From assembly GCA_963762145.1 (NCBI GenBank), contig CAVXJS010000021.1, positions 544,001 through 608,000 on the forward strand: a stretch of 64,000 nucleotides of DNA, written 5' to 3'. The notes under the pieces are model-generated. The model worked only from the letters and a program-made list of their open reading frames with translations, ran no database searches and was not told the origin of the DNA. The translations under genes and the position numbers were made by a program. This DNA comes from an uncultured Candidatus Rokubacteria bacterium. Its GTDB lineage: Bacteria; Methylomirabilota; Methylomirabilia; Rokubacteriales; CSP1-6. Positions 58,820 to 64,000 of the stretch are shown piece after piece. Positions within the stretch are counted from its first letter, which is position 1. Every line of letters begins with the position of its first letter.

Positions 58820-59538
58820 GCGATCTCGAGCGCCAGATCGAAGGTGGCCGCGTAGCCGGGCGCCGCGGGCGTCACCGCGAGCGTGAGCTGGGCGCCCGCG
58901 TTGCGAAAGATGCCGTCCCGCTGGTTGCGCAGGCGCTGCTCGCCTCGCCCCGCGTACGGCGGCCGGGCGAACACCTGGTCGCTGAGCGCGTCGTCGAAGA
59001 AGACCTGCGACGTGAAGTCGTGCACCCGGCCCCCGGCCGCCGCCGAGCGGACCTTGAAGTGGATGTGCACGGCCCGGCCACGGTACGCGCCCGGGTAGAT
59101 CGTGGTGAACCGGACCAGGCCCTCGCCGTCGGTCGTCTGGTAGCCGCGCAGGAACTTCTTGCCGAGCGTGGCGCCGCCCGGATCCTGCACGTCCGAATAG
59201 ACGCCGAGCGCGTCGCAGTGCCAGAGGTCCACCGTGGCGCCGGGCAGCGGCGCGCACGCGCCGCGGGTGAGGCGCGAAACGCGCAGGGTCAGCTGGAGCG
59301 GCGCGCCGGGCCGCACGCTGCCGTCGGCCGGGTCGGAGCGGATGTCCGAGCGATTGAGCTTCTCGTCCACGAAGTACGGGCCCTCGGTCAGCGCGGGGCG
59401 CGCCACGCAGGTGGGCGTCCCGGCCGCCTGGGCCAGGGCGGCCCCGGGGGCGATGGCGGTGAGCCCGCCCGCCGCCAGGAGCGCGAGCGCCTCGCGCCGT
59501 GTCAGGACCGATCCAGCCGGCCGGTCGTCGTCAGTCAT
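58816..59538 (-). CDS. Intradiol ring-cleavage dioxygenase-like protein with Tat signal
   Basis: TRREAL; TEGPYF, DLWHCDALGVYS, FLRG, TIYPGAY.GR..HIH. Confidence 0.9.
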   Translation of the reverse strand: MTDDDRPAGSVLTRREALALLAAGGLTAIAPGAALAQAAGTPTCVARPALTEGPYFVDEKLNRSDIRSDPADGSVRPGAPLQLTLRVSRLTRGACAPLPGATVDLWHCDALGVYSDVQDPGGATLGKKFLRGYQTTDGEGLVRFTTIYPGAYRGRAVHIHFKVRSAAAGGRVHDFTSQVFFDDALSDQVFARPPYAGRGEQRLRNQRDGIFRNAGAQLTLAVTPAAPGYAATFDLALEIA

Positions 59539-59550
59539 CGCACTCTCCCC

Positions 59551-60068
59551 TCACAGGCTCGCGAACGCCGCGTGGTACCGGATCGTGCCGGTAGCGCCCC
59601 GCAGCGCGCCGGGCCGCAGCTCCAGCACCATGAACGCCTCGGTCGGTACATCGTACTCACAGCCGAGGCCGGTCCGCACGCCGGGAGCGAAGCCGAAGCG
59701 CGGATAGTACTCGGGGTGGCCGAGGACCACCACCGCGTCGGCGGGAAGCCGCCGGCACGCCTCCAGGCCCGCGTGCACCAGCCCGGAGCCGATGCCGGAC
59801 CGCTGCCGGGCCGGCGCCACCGCCATCGGCGCCAGGCCCATCAGCGCGAGGGCGGGATGGCCGGGCAGCGTGACCGGCGAGAACAGGATGTGGCCGACGA
59901 TCACGCCGGCATCCTCCGCGACCAGCGACACGAGCGGCCGGGCCCGCGCGCGCAGCGCGTCCACCAGGTCGGCCTCGGCCGGCGTCTCGAACGCCGCGAC
60001 GTTGACGGCGCGGACGCCGCCTGGTCTCCCGCCCGCTCCGTCCGGATCAGCGGAAGAGCGGGACGCAC
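59551..60068 (-). CDS. GNAT N-acetyltransferase (YhbS-like) with a -1 frameshift near 60015
   Basis: LIRTE..D / VRAVNVAAF..EADLVD, GHILFS, LAPMAV, VLGHPEYYPRFGF. Confidence 0.8.
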
Positions 60069-60997
60069 GCGGCCGCGATCTGCTCGACGTGCCGGTGATC
60101 GGTGCCGCAGCAGCCGCCCATGACGTTCAACCGCGGCAGGCGCCGCTTCAGCTCCGCGTACTCCCGGCCGAGCTCGGCCGGATCGCCGATATCGAGCACG
60201 GTCGCCTCGTTCAGCTCGGCGTGGCTCTGGCGCGAGGCGTTCGCGCGCAGGCCGCGCACCCGCTGCGCCCACGGCTGCGTGCCGTCCAGCACGCGCTCGA
60301 AATGGGTCGGGTGCGCGCAGTTGATCATGTAGTAGGCGGGATAGGCCGCCGTCTCGGCGTCCACCCGCTGGATCGCGGCCGGCAGCGTGTCTCCGGTAGG
60401 CAGGCGCCCGTCAGTCTCCACCGTGAAGGAGATCACCGCCGGCACGCCTGCGCGGCGCGCCGCGCGCGTGATCCCGATGGCCTCCTCGACGTAGTTCATC
60501 GTGATCGCGGTCACGAGGTCGGCGGCGGTGTCGGCGAAGACCCCGATCTGCTCCGCGTGATAGGACTCCGCCTCCTCGATCGACATCAGGGTCGTCAGGT
60601 TGTAGCCGTCCCCGCGCGGCCCGACGCAGCCGCTGACCACCGTCCGCGTCCCGGCCTCCTCGATCTCGCCGCGCAGCCCCTCGAGCTGGCGGACGGCCGC
60701 GCGATTGAGCCGCGCCAGCTCGGCGGGCGTGTGGCCCAGGCGCGCGGCCCAGTCCCGGCTGGCCCGCCAGGTCGCGGATTCGAGGATGAGCCCCACGCCG
60801 AAGCGCCGCGCGACGGCGCCGTACGCGCGAAAATACTTCAGGAGCGCCGCTTCGCCATCGGGCCGATCGAGCAGCGCATAGGCGGCGAAGTCGGGCAGCT
60901 CGAGCCCATCGTGAAAGATCAGGGTGGTCTCGATGCCCCCGTCGGTGACGAAGAGATCCCCGCCGAGCTGCGGCAAGCCGTCGCGATACCGAGCCAT
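60047..60997 (-). CDS. Homocysteine S-methyltransferase family protein
   Basis: TDGGIET, GPRGDGY, INCAHP, NAS, GGCCGT. Confidence 0.92.
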   Translation of the reverse strand: MARYRDGLPQLGGDLFVTDGGIETTLIFHDGLELPDFAAYALLDRPDGEAALLKYFRAYGAVARRFGVGLILESATWRASRDWAARLGHTPAELARLNRAAVRQLEGLRGEIEEAGTRTVVSGCVGPRGDGYNLTTLMSIEEAESYHAEQIGVFADTAADLVTAITMNYVEEAIGITRAARRAGVPAVISFTVETDGRLPTGDTLPAAIQRVDAETAAYPAYYMINCAHPTHFERVLDGTQPWAQRVRGLRANASRQSHAELNEATVLDIGDPAELGREYAELKRRLPRLNVMGGCCGTDHRHVEQIAAACVPLFR

Positions 60998-61016
60998 GGC
61001 CGATGATCTTAACGCG

Positions 61017-62009
61017 CTACGCGCCGAGGCGGGGACGGATCACGCGCTCGAAGGCTTCCACCTCGCCCTCGGGCATCTCGTACCCGCCGGCCAGGTCGTG
61101 GGCCGGGAACAGGAACACCTCCTCGACCCCGGCTTCCTCCCGCGCCCGGAGCAGACGCTCCGCGCAGCGCTCGGGGGGCCCGAAGAGGCCGAACGCGTCG
61201 GCGATCCGCCGCGCCCGCGTCTCGTCGATCGCCGCGGGGTCGAAGGGCTCGCGGAGCTCGACGCCGGCCTCGGCCAGCCAACGCAGATTCGACGCGCTCG
61301 GATACGCGAGGAAGGGCTGGCCGGGCGCGAACCAGCTCCGTACCCACCGCACGCCCACGGCCGCGTCGCCCAGGCCCAGGGTGACCACGAAGACCACCGG
61401 GAACCCGGCGAGCGAGCGGCCGGCGCGCCGCGCCCCCTCCTCCAGATGGCCCCGCGCGGCGCGGATCGCCGCCGGGTCGAGGCCAACCATGAGGAACGCC
61501 CCGTCGGCGATCTCCCCGGCCAGCTCCATCATGCGCGGGCCGGCGGCCAGCAGGTAGACGGGCGTGGGCGTGGCGCTCCGGTTCCGGAGGCGCGTGGACG
61601 CCGAGCCGAAGTCCACGAGGTCGCCGGCCAGGAGCCGCCGGAGCTCCCCGATCGCCTGGCGCATGACGGCCACCGAGGCGCGCGGCTTCCCCACGCTCCG
61701 CGTCGAGATGAAGCCCGGCGCGACCGTGAGCATCGCGCGGCCGGGCGCGATCTCGTCCAGGCTGTGCGCGAGCGAGGCGAGCACCAGCGGATGCCGCACC
61801 ACGGGGCTCGACGTGGCCGGGAACAGCCGCAGCCGCCGCGTGGCCTGGGCGGCGAGGGCCAGCGCCAGGTAGACGTCGCGGCCGCTCGACGGATGGTCGT
61901 GGATGCCGACGCCGTCGAGGCCCGCATCCTCGCAGCGAGCGACGAACGCGGCCAGCTCGGGCAGCGGCCGGCCGACGGGGACGCGCAGGTTGACGCGCAC
62001 GCGGGTCAT
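61017..62009 (-). CDS. LLM-class flavin-dependent oxidoreductase
   Basis: AAQATRRLRL, RHP, PGR, AAGPRMMELAGEIADG, GPPERC. Confidence 0.88.
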   Translation of the reverse strand: MTRVRVNLRVPVGRPLPELAAFVARCEDAGLDGVGIHDHPSSGRDVYLALALAAQATRRLRLFPATSSPVVRHPLVLASLAHSLDEIAPGRAMLTVAPGFISTRSVGKPRASVAVMRQAIGELRRLLAGDLVDFGSASTRLRNRSATPTPVYLLAAGPRMMELAGEIADGAFLMVGLDPAAIRAARGHLEEGARRAGRSLAGFPVVFVVTLGLGDAAVGVRWVRSWFAPGQPFLAYPSASNLRWLAEAGVELREPFDPAAIDETRARRIADAFGLFGPPERCAERLLRAREEAGVEEVFLFPAHDLAGGYEMPEGEVEAFERVIRPRLGA

Positions 62010-62863
62010 AGATACCTCCGCAGAAATCCGACCACCTGCGCTTCGTACCCGGCGCGATCGTACGCGAACAGGTCCTCATGGCGCGCGCCCTCGACCATCC
62101 ACAGGCGCTTGGGCTCGACGGCCGCCTCGAACATGTCGCGCGATTCGGCCGCCGTGGTGTGCTCGTCTCGAGACCCCGCCACCACGAACACCGGAGCGCC
62201 GAGTCGGTCGATGAACCGGATGGGCTCGAGATCCGCGGGCGAGACGTCGAGCCGCGGCCCCAGCTGGACGAGCAGGAGTGGCGTCAGGAGCGGGGCGAGG
62301 CCGCCCAGCCGGATCCGAATACGGTTCTCGATGGACCGGCGGAAGCGCGGGTAGACCGCTTCGAGCACCACCGCGTCGAAGCCCGCCGGCTGCGGGCCGA
62401 GCAGCACCGCGGCGCCCCCCAGCGAGGAGCCGATGACGCCGACTCGACGCCCGGGCGCTTCACGCCGGAGCCACGACAGCGCCGAGCGGGCGTCGGTGGA
62501 CTCACGCCAGCCGAACGTGATGGCGGTCCCGGGCGTCTCGCCGTGGGCCTGGAGATCGATGAGCGCCACCGAGAAGCCGTGCCGCACCAGCAGGCGGGCT
62601 CGGGACAGCATGACCGAGCGGTCGGTGCGGATGGGGTGCAGCAGGAGCACGACCGGCGTCCCCGCCCCTTGATCGAGCCACCAGGCGGCGATGCTCGTCC
62701 CGGGGATCGTGAGGGCGCGCGCCGGGAAGTCGGCCGGCAGCGGCACCGCGTGCTGGACGGGCGCGAGGAGCCGCGAGCCGACCCACCACGGTCCGAGCAC
62801 GCCCAGGGCGGCCGCCACGCCCAGAGCCGCCAGGAGCCACCGCGTCGGCCCGCGCTTCCTCAT
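62006..62863 (-). CDS. Alpha/beta hydrolase with N-terminal anchor
   Basis: DLQAHGET, GSSLGG, GSRD, H. Confidence 0.85.
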   Translation of the reverse strand: MRKRGPTRWLLAALGVAAALGVLGPWWVGSRLLAPVQHAVPLPADFPARALTIPGTSIAAWWLDQGAGTPVVLLLHPIRTDRSVMLSRARLLVRHGFSVALIDLQAHGETPGTAITFGWRESTDARSALSWLRREAPGRRVGVIGSSLGGAAVLLGPQPAGFDAVVLEAVYPRFRRSIENRIRIRLGGLAPLLTPLLLVQLGPRLDVSPADLEPIRFIDRLGAPVFVVAGSRDEHTTAAESRDMFEAAVEPKRLWMVEGARHEDLFAYDRAGYEAQVVGFLRRYL

Positions 62864-63004
62864 CACAAGGAGGGAACATAGCACCGGCGGCGGGAGTCAT
62901 TCGCAAGGATCGCCCTGCTGGCGGCGCGGAGGAGATGTCGTCTAGCGCTCGACCGGCGGCGCGGACCATCCCGCCTGGACGGTGCGGCCGACGGGGCCCG
63001 CCTT

Positions 63005-63060
63005 CGGCGATGAAGAACCACCAGCCGCTCCGCCCGGTGTCATGAAGAGGCCGGACGAAT
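63005..63060 (-). pseudogene. DUF805 membrane protein fragment
   Basis: FVRPLHDTGRSGWWFFI matches the DUF805 motif RRLHDxGRSGWW; no start codon or remainder of the gene. Confidence 0.55.
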
Positions 63061-63067
63061 CTACGAG

Positions 63068-63589
63068 CTAGTCGAGGTTGCGGTAGAACACCGTGGTGCG
63101 GCACAGCCCGCCCTGCGGCAGGAGGGCGTAGCCGGGGATCACTCCCACGCGCACCCATCCCTGTCGCTCGTAGAGGCGCTCGGCCTCGTCGCTGGCGGTG
63201 TCGAGCACCAGCAGTGTCTTGCCGCATTCGCGCGCGGTGTCCTCGGCGGCCCGCATGAGCGCCGCCCCCAGGCCGCGGCGCCGGGCGCGGCGGTGCACCA
63301 GCATCTTCGACAGCTCGGCGCGGTGCGGCTGGTTCTCGGGCTGGTCGAGCACGAGCTGCACGGTGCCGCACACGCCGCGCGCGTCCTCGGCGACCAGCAG
63401 CGCGCGCTCGCCCGCGGCCACCCCCTGCGCCACGCGGCGCCAGAACGCCACCGCGCGATCGCGCGTCAGCGGGAGCATGAAGCTGACCGACGCCCCGTCC
63501 TCGACGCAGTCGATCAGCACCTCGGCGAGCTCCTCGATCTGCCGGTCATCGACCGTATGCAGCCGTCGTGGGGATCCGGTGGAGGTCAT
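63068..63589 (-). CDS. GNAT acetyltransferase (tabtoxin-resistance-like)
   Basis: DCVEDGASVSF, NQPHRAE..KMLV, RRRGLG, LLVLDT, LYER.GW. Confidence 0.9.
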   Translation of the reverse strand: MTSTGSPRRLHTVDDRQIEELAEVLIDCVEDGASVSFMLPLTRDRAVAFWRRVAQGVAAGERALLVAEDARGVCGTVQLVLDQPENQPHRAELSKMLVHRRARRRGLGAALMRAAEDTARECGKTLLVLDTASDEAERLYERQGWVRVGVIPGYALLPQGGLCRTTVFYRNLD

Positions 63590-64000
63590 GATCGCCTCGC
63601 GGGAGAGTCGGACGCGATCACCACCGCGTAGCGCGTGGGCTTGCGCGTCGGGTTGTGGAACATCGTCGGGCGGTCGAGCTGCATGGCCAGACAATCCCCT
63701 TCGCGCAGCCGGTGGCGCTCCCCGCCCAGGGTGATGTCGATCGCGCCTTCGAGCACCCACACCTGCTGGTGCACGAGCCGGTCTCGCGCGCCGGTCTCGA
63801 ACGCCACGCGCCCGCGGGGCGGGAACTGCACCTCGACGATCTGCATCGGCTGCGGCACGCCGGGCGGCGAGACGTTGCGTCGGAGGTAGCCCGAGGCCGG
63901 GTCCTGCCACTGCGGCTGGTCCTCACGCCGCGCCACCGGGCCGGTCCGCGCCGGCGCCGCGGCGGCCGGGGCATCGAACAGGGAGGCCAGCATCACGCCC
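63586..64000 (-). CDS. XRE-family regulator with cupin domain (5' part beyond the window)
   Basis: LASLF..., WQDPASGYLRRNVSP, QQVWVLEG, L.EGDCL, FHNP. Confidence 0.85.
   Translation of the reverse strand, partial: GVMLASLFDAPAAAAPARTGPVARREDQPQWQDPASGYLRRNVSPPGVPQPMQIVEVQFPPRGRVAFETGARDRLVHQQVWVLEGAIDITLGGERHRLREGDCLAMQLDRPTMFHNPTRKPTRYAVVIASDSPARRS

Noticed and set aside
1948-63996. Many long Arg/Gly/Pro/Ala-rich or antisense ORFs in the track (e.g. 3611-5476, 34210-36537, 42470-44659)
   Set aside because: Shadow frames of real genes, caused by stop-codon scarcity at high GC.

Overview
This is a 64-kb, very GC-rich bacterial chromosome segment. Gene style and content suggest Candidatus Rokubacteria (Methylomirabilota); that is an inference only. 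Most of it is densely packed metabolic and transport genes: a Sir2/CobB deacylase, a membrane protein-wHTH regulator-uppS-DUF4153 operon, peptidases, nbaC/MaoC/benE, peptide ABC and TRAP transporters, dusB, lemA/TPM, icd-like, purC, hydantoinase A/B, CHAD-(sixA remnant)-ppx, an acyl-CoA catabolic operon, and dioxygenases/hydrolases/GNATs. No rRNA, tRNA, CRISPR array, integrase or transposase was found. Main observations: (1) a lower-GC ~8-kb accessory region (25.6-33.5 kb) of orphan, chimeric and decayed genes, with an exact 37-bp palindrome-containing direct repeat (27306-27342 / 33510-33546) but no recombinase; (2) TANNNT boxes 6-9 nt before many start codons, implying widespread leaderless transcription, including a 22-bp bidirectional promoter; (3) at least four families of palindromic repeats, several inserted in-frame into proteins; (4) a candidate operator for the wHTH/uppS operon; (5) three sigma54-type promoters, each in front of a small orphan gene; (6) scattered gene-fragment scars, including a 28-aa internally deleted SixA. 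Several single-base frameshifts in short homopolymers are probably assembly errors.
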